Shown piece by piece: positions 39,633-53,458 of a DNA stretch of 64,000 nt. Position numbers and translations under genes: made by a program. The stretch comes from Octopus sinensis. Its lineage: Eukaryota. Under the pieces are notes generated by a model, which saw only the letters and a program-made list of their open reading frames with translations, did no database searches and was not told the origin of the DNA. The stretch lies in contig NC_042998.1 in the NCBI RefSeq assembly GCF_006345805.1, positions 111,910,001 to 111,974,000 of the forward strand, in the 5' to 3' direction. The stretch's first letter is position 1. Each line of letters begins with the position of its first letter.

Positions 39633-41499
39633 ATATATGCGAATGTACACATATACATATGTGTGTGTGTGTGTATGTGCGCGCGTGCGTGTATATGTAT
39701 GTATATATACGAGAGGGTGCTAAAAAGTACCTGGCTTTAAGGATGTCGGGAAAGGCTTGACTGGATGTCCAAATAATCACAGTTGATGTACTTTGTTATC
39801 TGTTTGAAAATTTAGAAATGATGGAAATATGTTATGGGAAAATAACAATGTTGGTTCTGACTAAATAGTATAGCTATAATGATTTTCTTTAAATTAAACC
39901 TTTATTCATAAAATACAATGCATGAATAACGATATAAATGTCATAATGATGCATTGATCAATTGTGTCACCTCCTTGAACTTTCAATTAATAATTGGTGT
40001 AACATTGCTTAAAGAATTTTTGTTTTCAAGCAGAAGGAGCTATTAAACAGTTAAGGTCAAATTTCTGGTTTCGCCCATCATCCAGTGATATGGCGTAGTC
40101 AAATCAAACAAATTTATCGTAGCATAACTGGCAAATAACAGAGAATTAAACTATTATTGATTGCGAACCCAACTGGTTTTTGAAATCTCTAAGGAATGTT
40201 CATTTACATTGTATAAATATTGATTAATTGTTGACTAAATTCAATCGCCATATATGTTATATAGTGAGGAGGGATGTGAGTACATTCCAAGTATTTTCAT
40301 GATTTAACTGAAACTAATAGCTTGAACAAATCAGAACACAGTGTTGACTTATTTGTAACTTACTTTAGAACAGACAATACTATAGCGCTTACTTCCCACG
40401 GCACACTCCGATCCTCTTCTTAACATTCCACTCTTCATCATATGTTCTACTATTGAATCGTCATTAATATAGAATAAACTGTGACCTTACAAATAAATCT
40501 TTTCAGAAACTGATCTGGTTTGTAAAAGTTAACCTTATTGTTTCATAACCAGCAAATTATGACGCATTGTTGTTAATCGAAAAAGACAAATAGCGTAAAA
40601 ATATGTTTTCCCATTAATTGTAGAACAATTTGAAACGTGATTACCTTAAGCTATCACTAGCAAAGTGAATTTGAAATTAATTATTCTAAAGCAATTTTTT
40701 TTTTCTGAGATTAAATAAAACGATAAACGCGAAATATTATGTTGGTCATTTGATTGCTATTATTAAATAATACGCTCATATTCACCTTCGAGGCAATACG
40801 AAATGACATGAGATCGAGCGGATTCTGTATGGATATGCGTGTTTCAATTACCTTCAAAAACCATATTACAACATTGGAACTGTAATCCATTAATGAGTGG
40901 AGAGAGACAGGTGATAAGACTGATAATGAAAAGCATAAAACCCAGCTGTTAAAAGAGCTGTCATTTCTTGAAAATATTTGACAGAACTGGAAAGACAGAA
41001 AAGATGAACAAAGACAGAAGCTGTAACAATTGCAGTAGGTCCCAGAACACATATTACATATTATGCACAATTTTCAAAAAATAAATTATAACACTAATCC
41101 TGTTGTTTCGAAGGTAGCTTCTAAGACAGCAGTAGAAATTGTCTCGTCATTAGTGCAAGAAGTCGAGACCAGGAGTTCGTTTTCTTGTCTATAATCAGTT
41201 GTACCATCGTCATGCGAAAATGCGGAAGACATATTGAATGAATATGATTAATATACTCATGGGGACAGTGGAAAAAGAGAAAGAAAAGAAAAACTCATTC
41301 AAACAAAAGAACGGCAGAACCGAATAGTTACGACGAATTTGATTTAACCAAACTACAAAATGAATTCGGAAATGATACTGTATAATTTGAAAGATGGATT
41401 CCGAGTGAGAAGAGAATGCAAAATAATGGTTTAACATTTTGATACAAAGCCAACAATTTTGGGGGAGAAGATAAGTCGATCACAGGATTCAATTAATAC

Positions 41500-41625
41500 T
41501 TATTTATCGACCCCGAAAGGATGTAAAAGCAAAGTCGACCTGAGTAGAAATTGAACTCAGAACGTAAAGAGCCGGAAGAAATGCCGTCAAGCATTTTGCC
41601 CAGCTCGTTACTGAATTACCAGCTT
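41500..41625 (-). mobile_element. SINE type B, 5' part
   Basis: ATCGACCCCGAAAGGATG..AAAGTCGACC..TTGAACTCAGAACGT. Confidence 0.8.
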
Positions 41626-42018
41626 GCCATCTAGGAGTACACAATATAATGATTGCTATTGATGGCCAAATTACCGGCATATACATTGTTTATAACTTAA
41701 CCTCTAGGAGAGACTTTCTAATCCATCATCAGTCTTGGGTTGCTGAAGGAACTTTTCTAGACCGGCCATATTCAGTTCTTCTGTCAAGAATACATTGAGA
41801 CAGGGATCAGGGTCATTGCGTACCAAACCCAAGGCGTGAGATGTCACATACGCGTTTGGTTTGACCTTATTTAAATTTTGATTGTTTTCCTTTGCTTAAT
41901 TTATATAAATCTAATTATTTTCTTCTAATTTACCAGTAGTTATATTATCAAATTTTACTATGTTACTTATCATATTGTATAATATTCTCGCCCCACCTCA
42001 CTTTTTGATATAACAGTG

Positions 42019-42060
<42 letters not shown>

Positions 42061-42063
<3 letters not shown>

Positions 42064-42178
42064 ATTTATTTTACTAAGCCCTTTTATATAATGTAATAAT
42101 TTGAATTCGCCTTAAATGGTCCCTTGCATACTGAATACTTGGTGAAATTGATTAATTAATTAATTTTACCCTCAATTA
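42061..42178. repeat. Second copy of the sequence at 20439-20570, embedded in (AT)n
   Basis: GTAATTTATTTT..ACTAAGCCCTTTTATATAATGTAATAATTTGAATTCGCC is shared. Confidence 0.85.
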
Positions 42179-42179
42179 T

Positions 42180-42410
<231 letters not shown>

Positions 42411-42479
42411 GTCGTTGTAACACATATTTGAAACCAGTTTTATATATGAATGGATTCTAGCAGCAAAATGAATCAAAAT

Positions 42480-42507
42480 CATCATCGTCATCACCAGCAG
42501 CAGCTGA

Positions 42508-42580
<73 letters not shown>
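42480..42580. repeat. (TCA)/(GCA)/(GTA)n compound trinucleotide repeat
   Basis: Read directly from the sequence. Confidence 0.9.
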
Positions 42581-42581
<1 letters not shown>

Positions 42582-43110
42582 CTACCTCGAGTTTTTCAGG
42601 CTCCTTAAACCGGAACTTGTATCGGTTTCCGAGAGATATACTCCACATTGAACAGAACTAGAGTTTGATATAACGCTAGCATCCAGTTATTGCTAATGCT
42701 TGTTTCCGCTGAATAAACTAGAACAACGTGAAATGATGTGGATATAGCGCACCAGCCGTTCAGGAAATTGAATGCACGATTTTGGGCACTGAGTCGAGAC
42801 TACGATGCTACACACTTTCACTAATAAACATTAGTACACAAAACTACATGGCCAATAGTGTTTCATTTCGTCCCACCCCTCCATTCTGAGTTCAAATCAC
42901 ACTAAGTTGAGATAGTCTTTTATTTTTGCAACTTCAATTGTATCTCAATCGTCTAATCTCCCTTGGTATTACGGTAATATAAAAAGTTGTTATCATACTC
43001 GGGAATCAGTACCATTATAACACCAGTTATAATAGTAACAGCATACCAGGCTATGTTCGAAATGAAGAAAACCAGTTATGAAGGCTGGATAGACAGATAG
43101 ATAGATAGAC

Positions 43111-43173
<63 letters not shown>

Positions 43174-43469
43174 CGAATAGACAGACAGACAGATAGACAG
43201 ACAGACAGATACATACATACATACATACATACATACATACATACATACATACATACATACATACATACATACTTACATACATACATACATACATACATAC
43301 ACACATACATACATACATACATACATACATACAAGCAAAAAAAACTGTTGTTAATGTTGCAATTCCAATGAAGGAATCTTGAATCTGAGTTAGAAACCGG
43401 CTCTTTCTCTTTTGATAAGAAATTTTGAAATAAAACTGAACAATGACATTCATACGTATACGCACACAC

Positions 43470-43502
<33 letters not shown>

Positions 43503-44865
43503 CATACGTACATACATACATACATACATACGTACGTAAATAGAAACATATACATATAGACAGACAAACAGGTAGATATGCACGCATAAACACATATGTA
43601 GTTAGATAGGTAGATATCTGTGTGTGCGCGCGCGCATGTGTGTGAACGTGTGTGTGCGCGTGTGTGTGTGTGTGTGTGTGTTTGTGTATGTGTATGTGTA
43701 TGTAAAGTAGAATGTGTGTGTAGAAATAGATACACAACGACTACTGTTATGTATATAGCTCCATGTAAATTATCATAATCCAGTCTACTTCGTCTACACT
43801 TGTTACGTAACTTCTGTACTGTGTGGTATGACTAGTTATGAATTACGAAATAAATGTACGAGAAAAAAGAAGAAACACAAGTTTATATTATAGTTCTTAC
43901 GCAGGTTTCACCATTATGGTTGTTTAGAACCCTGCAATAGGTGTTCCAAATGCATTTAGATGCTCAGCCAGAATAGATCATCAGGGAACACTTTATAGCT
44001 TTAAGTTACGGATAACCATGTTCAAAGTTGGATGTATGGCAAAGCATTTTATGATTAATTTGGAAAAGAAATAGAAAAAAGGAGGCAATTGGATGAGAAG
44101 GAATCCTTCTAAGGTACATGAGAATGCACTTGGAACACCGACACTATAGTCGTAGAAGTGAAATGGAAAAGGACTTAGTGGATGGAAGATCGAATCTGTT
44201 TTGTCTTCAAAAATACAAAATGAAATGCAGAAGTAATTTAGTTAGGTCAATGATGTTAACTTAGCTCTCGGAGCATTAGAAAGCTAACTAGAAATACTCA
44301 TGTATTGAGGACAAATAATATTAACCAAAGATTAATAGTATTTTAGTTTTGTCAAGAGACAGCTCTAGACGTGATTTAGAATTAATGTAAGTTTTACTTC
44401 GTAAATGTGCATGAGTGAACAGTTGCTGGTATAATATAACTTAAATAAACATATAGCCACACTATAGTCAAATGAATGCGGCGTTCTGGTAATATTTCAA
44501 CTTTATAAATAAAGGTCAATCCTATTGCCGAGTCGTTAAATTAATCGACTTCGGCAGACAAAAATGTCCAGCTTGTATTTCATTACTGGTGTTTGAATCG
44601 GAAGGCCAATGAAAATGTTTGAAATGATTGCCATAACGACTGTAAAATATTGAACGCCTCTGTTTATTTAAATGTAAATGATTACCACCCGTCCAAACCG
44701 CATTGTGTAAGGAAGCTATAGATGCCCTGCGATGAGCGTTTCAAGAGACAAATAACTTGACGGCACCCGTCTCCTTTCAAGATATAGATTGTAACCATCT
44801 TCTCGGTGAGAAGCCCTTCCTTACTTTAGCAAGTTTATTGTTAATCTTGCAGAGTGCTCATACAC

Positions 44866-45184
44866 CTATTTCTTTACTACCCACAAGGGGCTAAATACAG
44901 AGAGGACAAACAAGGACAGACAAACGGATTAAGTCGATTATATCGACTCCAGTGCGTAACTGGTACTTATTTAATCGACCCTGAAAGGATGAAAGGCAAA
45001 GTCGACCTCGGCGGAATTTGAACTCAGAACGTAGCGGCAGACGAAATACCTATTTCTTTACTACCCACAAGGAGCTAAACACAGAGAGGACAAACAAGGA
45101 CAGACAAACGGATTAAGTCGATTATATCGACTCCAGTGCGTAACTGGTACTTATTTAATCGACCCTGAAAGGATGAAAGGCAAA
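44866..45184 (-). mobile_element. Head-to-tail pair of truncated SINE type B copies, 184-bp period
   Basis: Both share the private variants GACTCCAG and GACCCTGAA. Confidence 0.9.
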
Positions 45185-46294
45185 CCTCCGTCATCCAGTA
45201 AACTGTGGGATAAGACTGATTTAATCGCTAACTATTCGGACATAAGAGACGTTGCGCTGGATTATATGGTACCTGTAGCACGCAAAACCTAACGAGATCA
45301 TATAAATAGATACCGCAATAGTATGTGTTTGTATAAATATATATCTGTTTATACTTATATAAATACATAAACATACACACGTATACACATTGTGCCACGC
45401 TGATTCTGTTTGAGGAATATGCTAAGGATATATGTCTGTGGAATACTCAGCCACTTAGTGTCTACTCTTTGAATAGATATTCAGTTAATCGAAACGTGAA
45501 ATACTCATCACCAAAACTGACGGGCAGTCGTACACTTTAGTATCACCATCACATTATGGCTAAGAGGAGTTTCGTTAGCTTGCAGAGCTCTATTCAAATT
45601 CTCTTATGAACAAAACTTTCAATTCATTTCATGCTGTAAAAGCTACCCTGACCTCCAGCATGTCCCATTTGTTACTTCTGATTGACACGAGTGACATCAC
45701 ATCCACGAGAATGCGCTTGGAATGAGTGAACATAAATTAGGCTCAATCAATGCATGTAAATTAACATGAGAAAACCTCAATAATTCTCCAGCTTAGGTAT
45801 GTATTAACTGAATCACAGGAAACGAGCGAAATCTATTCTATAAAAGAAAATATAACTTTCATCAAAATTCGAAGCTACTTAGATTAAGCTGATACACATC
45901 TAAATTTTCACACTCAATTAAAGAATAGCGAAACACCTATTAAACAACTATTACCTATCAACAACTTTATCGTGGTTATTTCCAACGGCTGTTTGTTTTC
46001 GCAATTATAAATCTTAATAAGATCTAAACATTGATTACAGCACTGTAATCAGTTTGATTACTTTGTAATTAAACATACTTCTTTCCAACATTTTGTTAAT
46101 GGTTCCAATGATTAAATGACTTTGCAAATAACCGCTATGTTTTATTACTGTAGTTCTGTTCAGTTGGTGCAGAGAAAACAGATATTTATCCGTTGAAAAT
46201 ATTTTTTTATGCCGCAGGATTTTGTGATTCAGTTAAACTTAGCATCTAAACTGTGCTGGTATAAAATTCGGTTCGATATTCTGGATAGATAACG

Positions 46295-46388
46295 CTGTTG
46301 TTGTTGTTGTTGTTGTTGTTGTTGTGGTGGTGGTGGTGGTGGTGGTGGTGGTGTTGTTGTTGTTGTTGTTGGTGTTGTTGTTGTTGTT
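46295..46388. repeat. (TGT)n/(TGG)n compound repeat
   Basis: Read directly from the sequence. Confidence 0.9.
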
Positions 46389-47559
46389 TACTCTAGGTAG
46401 ATCTTGAAGCAGTTCATATTCATAGAATATGTAACCCTCACATATTTTCTTCACTGAATCATCCTATTTTTTGAAGATGGTAAGCTGTGGTTCGTGGAAA
46501 ATTTATCTATTTCTATCAAGTGAAGCGACCATATAGAAACTTACTCGTTTGTTCGAACATAGTACTATTTTCTTAATTATAGTAGAAGTCAAACACTAGA
46601 GGTTAATGACATTGTAACAAAATCATATCTTCATCGAGAGTCTTTAAAAATATATATCATTATATATCTTTTTAAAGACGCTTCATTTGAACTGGGAATT
46701 GAAATTGTATTGTAGATTCAGTCTATTAATATCTTACTACATCATTCGCCGAATACACATCACACATGGACACGAGGTTACGACATTTGTAGGATAAATC
46801 AGCAACTATTTTTCATAATCTTTATTAAAACTCAGGATCTCATAATCAGCAGTCTGAGTAACTGCAGAACCTTTTGATACCAACTACCAAAGTATAAGTT
46901 TTATATTCAACAGTACGCAACAACTGGTAACAGAGGGATCGTGTCGTTTTACACGGCCAGAGAGAAATACAGTTCTCGAAACAGAATATTCCGCAGCAAA
47001 AGACACGCCACTTTATACCGTGTGTCACTCTTTAGAATCATGCCGCAAGAACCCCCAAACTTATAATTTATATAAATATTTGTAGAACACTTTTAGTGAA
47101 AATACCACACTAAAACTAATTATGTTGTGCCATGTTCATTTCCGAGGATATTTTCTCTTGAGACATGCAGAGTTTGTAGTCTCGGGTGATCTTGCTGTTT
47201 TATTCTTACTATCAATTTCATAGTTTCAGACATCTGATGAATGGTAGTCTTGTCGTATGTGCGTTTATCGTTACAAATGTATATATTAAGGCGTCATTAA
47301 TATATGGAGGAAGAGGAGGAGGAGGAGGAGGAGGAGGAGGAGGTGGCAGAGGAGCCAGAGGAGGAGTTGGTGGTGAAGGAGCCAGAGGAGGAGGAGGAGG
47401 AGGCGGCGGCAGATAAGACGGAAGAGGTTTCTTTATTAATCACTAAGGCTTCATAAAAAGATCGAAGATGGTACAGGACGATACATAAAGTGTTACATAA
47501 AATGCGCAAACTTTAAAATCCAGAAACAAAGAAAATCTTCAAGCAAAAAATAATTCCCT

Positions 47560-47900
47560 AAAATGGGAAAACCTTCAAGGACTGCTCGTGGAAATCTCAG
47601 AAAACCACTGTAATTCTGACCACAAGGGCAAGTGCCCTCTCCTTATCCTTCCTTCTCCCGCAGTCTATAGTCGCATACTAAGTGTAAACACGTTCACTTG
47701 GACCACCCTTGCCATTTTCATCCACCTTTCAATAAATTTTCTGGAAAGCAGTACCTACTTCTCCAGCATCCCTTTGCTTTTCAAACCAAACTTGAAAAAG
47801 TTGGTGAGGGGTTGACCAAAAAGGAAGGTGTTTGTCTTCAGCCCTTTCAATCTGTTTCACCACACGATCTTTTAGCCTAAACCATCAAACAAATGAAGGC
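47560..47900 (-). mobile_element. Tx1-like LINE 3' end fragment
   Basis: RLKGLKTNTFLFGQPLTNFFKF..ERWMKMARVVQVN is homologous to the 36974-37285 translation. Confidence 0.8.
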
Positions 47901-48012
47901 TCCCCATCTTTCCCGGTCCAAATGAAGGTGTCAAGTGACAGCCAGATCCGCCCCACACCTGAAAGTAGCAACAACAGCAACAAGAAAAAATCCTGTCATG
48001 TCGGCCACATCT

Positions 48013-48610
48013 AATGTGTGGAGTTATATTCACAAGAACTGTCAGCAAAATCACAGAATAACGTAAGTTCTGTGAGAGAGCAACAATAAATTTGCATAAA
48101 AACTTACGACATAGATGCCCATCTGCAATCAATGCAAGAATGTTCAACAAAAATATTGTTACTAACGAAAATCCTAACAAACCCTAACAAAAGCATGGTT
48201 AGCTGAATGTAAGAAAATCACTCAGGCGACGCGGAATATGATAAACACTGACCAGTTACCTTTTACTTTTGCAGAAAGGAACAAATTTAGAAATCTTATA
48301 GGAATACACTTCGAGCATGAATATGAAGACAAAAAGTAAAAACGGATAGACGAGTTATTTTCTTTCGTTGCAATCACTGTTGAGACATTGATTGAAAATC
48401 CTAGGAGTACTAATGAAATCCAATGTACTGATAACAAAAACCCATGCCAAAACGTGAAAGAATATGTCATAGGATTCGATATGGTTTGCAAGGTTATAAC
48501 GCGTGTTCTATTTCAATACCTGGAATATGGAGAATACCGAAAAGAAGTGCAGCCAGCGGGTCGCTGCTTTGAAACACACTTTCCAGCTTGCTGGATAGAC
48601 CACTGTATTA
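48013..48610 (+). mobile_element. Decayed hAT (ZBED-like) transposase fragment
   Basis: BED-like NVWSYIHK..KFCE..TINLHKNLRH, DQLPFTFAERNKFRNLI and RCF.HTFQLA (CxxH) across a frameshift. Confidence 0.65.
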
Positions 48611-48754
48611 GCAATTCTGACTAAATCTAAGAGATTCCTTGATCATTTTAATATTCAGCATGGCCGCAGTCTAATGACTGAAACAGCATATCATGAAAGA
48701 TGTGTGTGTGTGTGCATGTGTGAGTGCGTGTGTGTGTGTGTGTGCGTGTGTGCG

Positions 48755-48822
<68 letters not shown>

Positions 48823-49242
48823 ATAATATTGAAAAATACCCTAACTATTATCATCATGGAGAACGCTGGGTATATTTAGCTGTGTTGCCTTGCCCAGTTA
48901 CTGAAATAAAATCTAAAAACATGGAGGGTTAAAAAGGAAAATAAATGCAGTATTATTCTGAATTAAGATCAGATTTATTTCCATATAGACATGTATATTG
49001 ATATTATAAATTTAAATAGAAGACGTACATACACATACACACACGCAGGTGCATTCGTTAAGAATTTAAACAGAAAACGCTTGAAGGAGAGGGAGAAAAT
49101 TCATTTATATAAAGATATACGTGTGTTTGTATGTATATATGTATGTATATATATATATATGTTTAAATATATATGTATATATATATGTATATATATGTAT
49201 ATATATATGTACAGACACACACACATATACATATATATATAT

Positions 49243-49304
<62 letters not shown>

Positions 49305-49431
49305 TATATATAGAGATAGATAGATAGATAGATAGATACATACATACATACATACATACATACATACATACATACATACATACATACATACATACATACA
49401 TACATACATACATTCATATCTATATATCATT

Positions 49432-49575
49432 TATGTTTATTATTATTTAGCTGAACGCGACGCATCCATTTTCAAGTAAGTTTATCTTCACCTTTTCGAT
49501 GCGACTCTACTCTATACTGTTTTCTTCCTCCATCCTTCACTAATTCCCTTTTCCTCCTCTCTCTCTTTCAGTGCT

Positions 49576-49614
<39 letters not shown>

Positions 49615-49925
49615 TTTCTACCCTCTCTCGTTAGTCACACGTGACCATCGTCCAACTCTCTTTTCCTAATGTTTTTGTTCCCAACTTTGACCCTCCAAAA
49701 ATCCTAAATTCTATTTTAGAATTCATGGGAGTAACTGTCTTTGAAGATTCATATTGTCGTTGAATGCTCGAAATGAGAAGCAGATAGACAGCTGACAACT
49801 GATGAAGGGTAGTTCCTCTGTGTTCACGTGTTCTGTTTTCCATTTTTCTCTATTTGTTTACGTATTTAACTCGTTTGTCTACGTTTTTCGTGTTGTTTAC
49901 GCAGTTGGTGACGTCCTTTACCCAT
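49432..49925 (+). mobile_element. PLE-tail-like interspersed repeat, inverted relative to 51860-52410
   Basis: CATCCATTTTCAAGTAAGTTTATCTTCACC and GTTCCCAACTTTGACCCTCCAAAAATCC are reverse complements of blocks at 51985-52380. Confidence 0.7.
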
Positions 49926-49928
49926 TTA

Positions 49929-49970
<42 letters not shown>

Positions 49971-49973
<3 letters not shown>

Positions 49974-51516
49974 TTGCGGCCAAATTGTTAAGAACGGCAT
50001 TGTTTCGTCAGAAAAGTAGGTACAAGTTTTTATCAAAGTTGTTTTATATTCTATAATTTTCACAGACGATAAATACAATATTAATTGTTATTGTCTGAGA
50101 TCTTGGTGTAATTTGAGATGATAATACTAAAGTTATGGATGATTTAGTGATTTACTGCAAAACCCATTGCGGCCAAAATGATCAGAACGGATGAAAAAAT
50201 GACAAAATAATCAAAAATGACAGAGAATACTGGAATTATTTAATATTTAGTGTGAAGCCCTTTAGCTTCAATCACACTCTGACATCTTCGACTGCATGAG
50301 GAAATTAAATTTTCAATTTCTTGCTGGGTGATCTTATTCCATTCTTCCTGAAAGGCATTCCATAATTGTTCAGTTGTTTTAGGATTTCTGGCTTTCGAAC
50401 TTTCTCCTAGAATATTCCACACATTTTCAATAGGATTGAGATCTGGGCTTTGAGCTGGCCAATCCATAACGATAACCTTTTCAGCCTTGAGGAAGTTCAT
50501 GACCACCTTAGCCTTGTGACATGGGGCATTGTCCTGCATGAATATGGGTGGTCGCTTAGTTGAATTTCTCAGCACAAGCAAGACATGATCTTTTACAAGT
50601 TGTTTATAAACTCCTGCATTTAACTTTCCATGTAATCGCATCAAAGGGCCCACACCATCTCCAGATATCATTCCCCAAACCATGACACTTCCTCCACCGA
50701 ATTTAACACTAGTCTTAAGGCATTTAGGCAACAATTTTTCACCTACTTTTCTACGAACGTACCTTTTCCCATCTGAGCCAAATAGCATAAACTTAGATTC
50801 ATCACTGAAATGCACCGTTTGCCATTTTTCTTGAGACCACAACACATGTTCGGTTGCAAAGGTAAGACGACACTTTTTATTCTTGGAGCTGATCAGTGGC
50901 TTCACTGCAGGTGCTCTTGCTTGTAGGTCATGTTCAACTAAACGACGAGACACAGTTTTTCGAGATAAAGTTTTCTTCAATACACTGCTCATTTTCCGAG
51001 AAACAGCAGCAGCAGTTTTAAATCTGTCCTTTTTAACCAACTTTACCATAGCACGATCTTCTCTCTAGGTCGTTTTTCTTGGCCTACCTGTAAACTTTCT
51101 TGCTTCACACGAACCACAATCATCGTAGACCTTAAGAATACCGTGTACAACACTTTTTGACTTGTTAACAATCTTTGCAATAGATCTAATACTTAAATTA
51201 TCCTTCCTTCGAAGCTTAATAATCTGCTGACGAATTGGTAACAGAGTAAGTGGCATTATATTAACAAAGTACACTAATGTTTAGTAAACGAACCGTCACG
51301 TAAACAAATTCAAAACATTAGAGTTCGCCGATTAAATATACTAAAACATGGAGTAAAAGCAACCGTTCTGATCGTTTTGGCCGCCATGGTTTTGCAGTAA
51401 ATCACTAAATCATCTATAACTTTTGTATTATCCTCTCAAATTACACCAAAATCTCAGGCAATAACAAATAATATCGTATTTATTGTCTGTGAAAATTATA
51501 GAACATAAAACAACTG
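49971..51516 (-). mobile_element. Tc1 DNA transposon with IR/DR-type long TIRs
   Basis: TA|CAGTTG...CAACTG|TA; left TIR 49971-50190 with 22-bp DRs at 49976 and 50169; right TIR 51363-51516. Confidence 0.95.
50240..51256 (-). pseudogene. Tc1 DD34E transposase with a single in-frame TAG
   Basis: ATG at 51256, paired-like HTH, GRPRKT, TAG at 51065-51067, then FSDESKF, QDNAPCH and SPDLNPIE in the same frame; 34 residues between D and E. Confidence 0.95.
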
Positions 51517-51546
51517 TATATATATACATATATATATATATTATAT

Positions 51547-51621
<75 letters not shown>

Positions 51622-51626
<5 letters not shown>

Positions 51627-52410
51627 ATAAAAATGGTAAGACAACAAATGAAAGAAAGAGACCTCGATTTTATGTAAATAGAGGAATTTATCTGTAAATG
51701 TAATATGTGACAATTATGATAAAACTCCGTGTTTCAGATGCCGAGGTGGAAATCCACGCCGCCATCTCTTCAGTTATCCGGCCATCGGGAAAATGCTATG
51801 AAAAATGACCGTTATACAAAGGGAAATTACTGTCTGATTGACCGTTATTATAGTACAAGTAAACACAGAGAAACTACCCTTTATCAGTTGTCGGCTGTCT
51901 ATCTACACCTCATTTCGAGCATTTAACGACAATATGAGTCTTCAAAACAGTTGCTCCCATAAATTCTAAAATATAATTTAGGATTTTTGGAGGGTCAAAG
52001 TTGGGAACAAAAACAGGACAGTGGAGACATACAACGTAACCGAACGAAAACAAACATGGAGGGTCTTTAGAACATAACGAAGGGGAAATAAATATTTTCT
52101 TTGAAAAGAGAAACGATAGAAGAGAGAGAAAAAATAACGTCCAGTTCTTTAAAAATCCATGAAAGAAAAGAAAGATGGTCACGTGAGGAAAAGAAAGATG
52201 GACGAGCAACGAGAGAGAGAGAGAAAAAGAGAAAAAGGGGAGAGAGAGACACACAGATAGAAAACAGTGAAAGAGGAGGAGAAGAAAAAGGGAATTAGAG
52301 ATGGATGGAGGAAGAAAACAGTGTAGAGTAGAGCGACATGAAAAAGGTGAAGATAAACTTACTTGAAAATGGATGCGCGGTGTTCAGTTAAATAACAATA
52401 CTAAATAATA
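51622..52410 (-). mobile_element. PLE-tail-like interspersed repeat with hammerhead-like motif
   Basis: Homologous to 49432-49830 and 53112-53290; 3' end abuts (AT)n. Confidence 0.7.
51718..51778 (-). ncRNA. Hammerhead-like motif with long stem II
   Basis: GAUAA CUGAAGA GAUG..CAUC U GAAAC ACGGA GUU UUAUC. Confidence 0.55.
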
Positions 52411-52613
52411 TATAAATATGTGTGTGTATATATGAGTGCATATGGGTATATATATATAATTATATATATATATATATATTATATATATATATATATATAC
52501 ATACATACATACATATATGTATATATATATATATTATATATATATATATGTATAACATATATATATTCATATATATATATATTCATATATATATATTCAT
52601 ATATCTATCTATC

Positions 52614-52679
<66 letters not shown>

Positions 52680-52738
52680 TATATATATTCATATATATAT
52701 ATATTATATATATATCTATATATATATTCATATATATA

Positions 52739-52930
52739 TCTATTATATAAAATCCGTTCTGTCGGTCTCTGTGTGTGTGTCTTCTAAGATCTCGGGCATC
52801 CTCCATCCGATTGCGCTCAAATTTAATATGTTGATACTGACGGTATTGAAAAAATTACAAAAATCGATTCCAGGCGAGAATGCGATCGATAAAGCCGTGT
52901 GAACGTGCATTTGTACGCGCAACTACATCA
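52739..52930 (+). mobile_element. Helitron-like non-autonomous 5' end
   Basis: A|TCTATTATATAAAA start, GT microsatellite and CATCCGATTGCGCTCAAATTT block; no 3' CTRR end found. Confidence 0.5.
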
Positions 52931-53087
52931 GTCGAAATCCATCTTTTGCTGGTGTCTCAAATTTAGGTTAAATCAGTGTTTCTCAAAGGGGAGCCTTATG
53001 GGACGGTCGGACAAGTTGTTTTGAGAAAATTTGGTGTAAATGTTTGACAACTCAGCACCGTCCATTGGACGGGGAGCGTTTTGCTCG

Positions 53088-53119
<32 letters not shown>

Positions 53120-53153
53120 AAAATGTAATATGTGACAATTATTCGGTAGCCAT

Positions 53154-53214
53154 GATAAAACTCCGAGTTTCGGATGCCGAGGTGGAAATCCACGCCGCCA
53201 TCTCTTCAGTTATC
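53154..53214 (-). ncRNA. Hammerhead-like motif with long stem II, in partial copy 53112-53290
   Basis: GAUAA CUGAAGA GAUG..CAUC C GAAA CU-CGG-AG UU UUAUC; stems I and III pair fully. Confidence 0.65.
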
Positions 53215-53456
53215 CAGCCATCGGAAAAATGCTATGAAAAATAACCGTTATACAAAGGAAAATTACTGTCTGATTGACCGTTATTGACCGTGTGTATGTG
53301 TGGATTTGTATGTATATACATATACATTTGGCGAATGATGAGAGTGAGGATGTGTACGTTTTCAAGCGAGGGTGGATGAATGTATACTTTTAGGCGCACG
53401 CACGTGTGTGTGTGGGCGCGCATGTGTAGGTACGAACATTTGCGCTTACGCGAATA

Positions 53457-53458
<2 letters not shown>

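Noticed and set aside
43935-44145. Short inverted pair GGTGTTCCAAATGCATT / AATGCACTTGGAACACC
   Set aside because: Possibly an old MITE, but too short and without a TSD to support a call.
47304-47456. ATG-initiated 50-aa poly-Glu ORF, or Gly/RGG-rich alternative frame
   Set aside because: Interrupted (GAG)n repeat; open frames are expected from its composition.
49795-49830. CTGATGAAGG-GTAGTT-CCT as a hammerhead
   Set aside because: The GAAA half of the core is absent in both this copy and the inverted copy near 51880.
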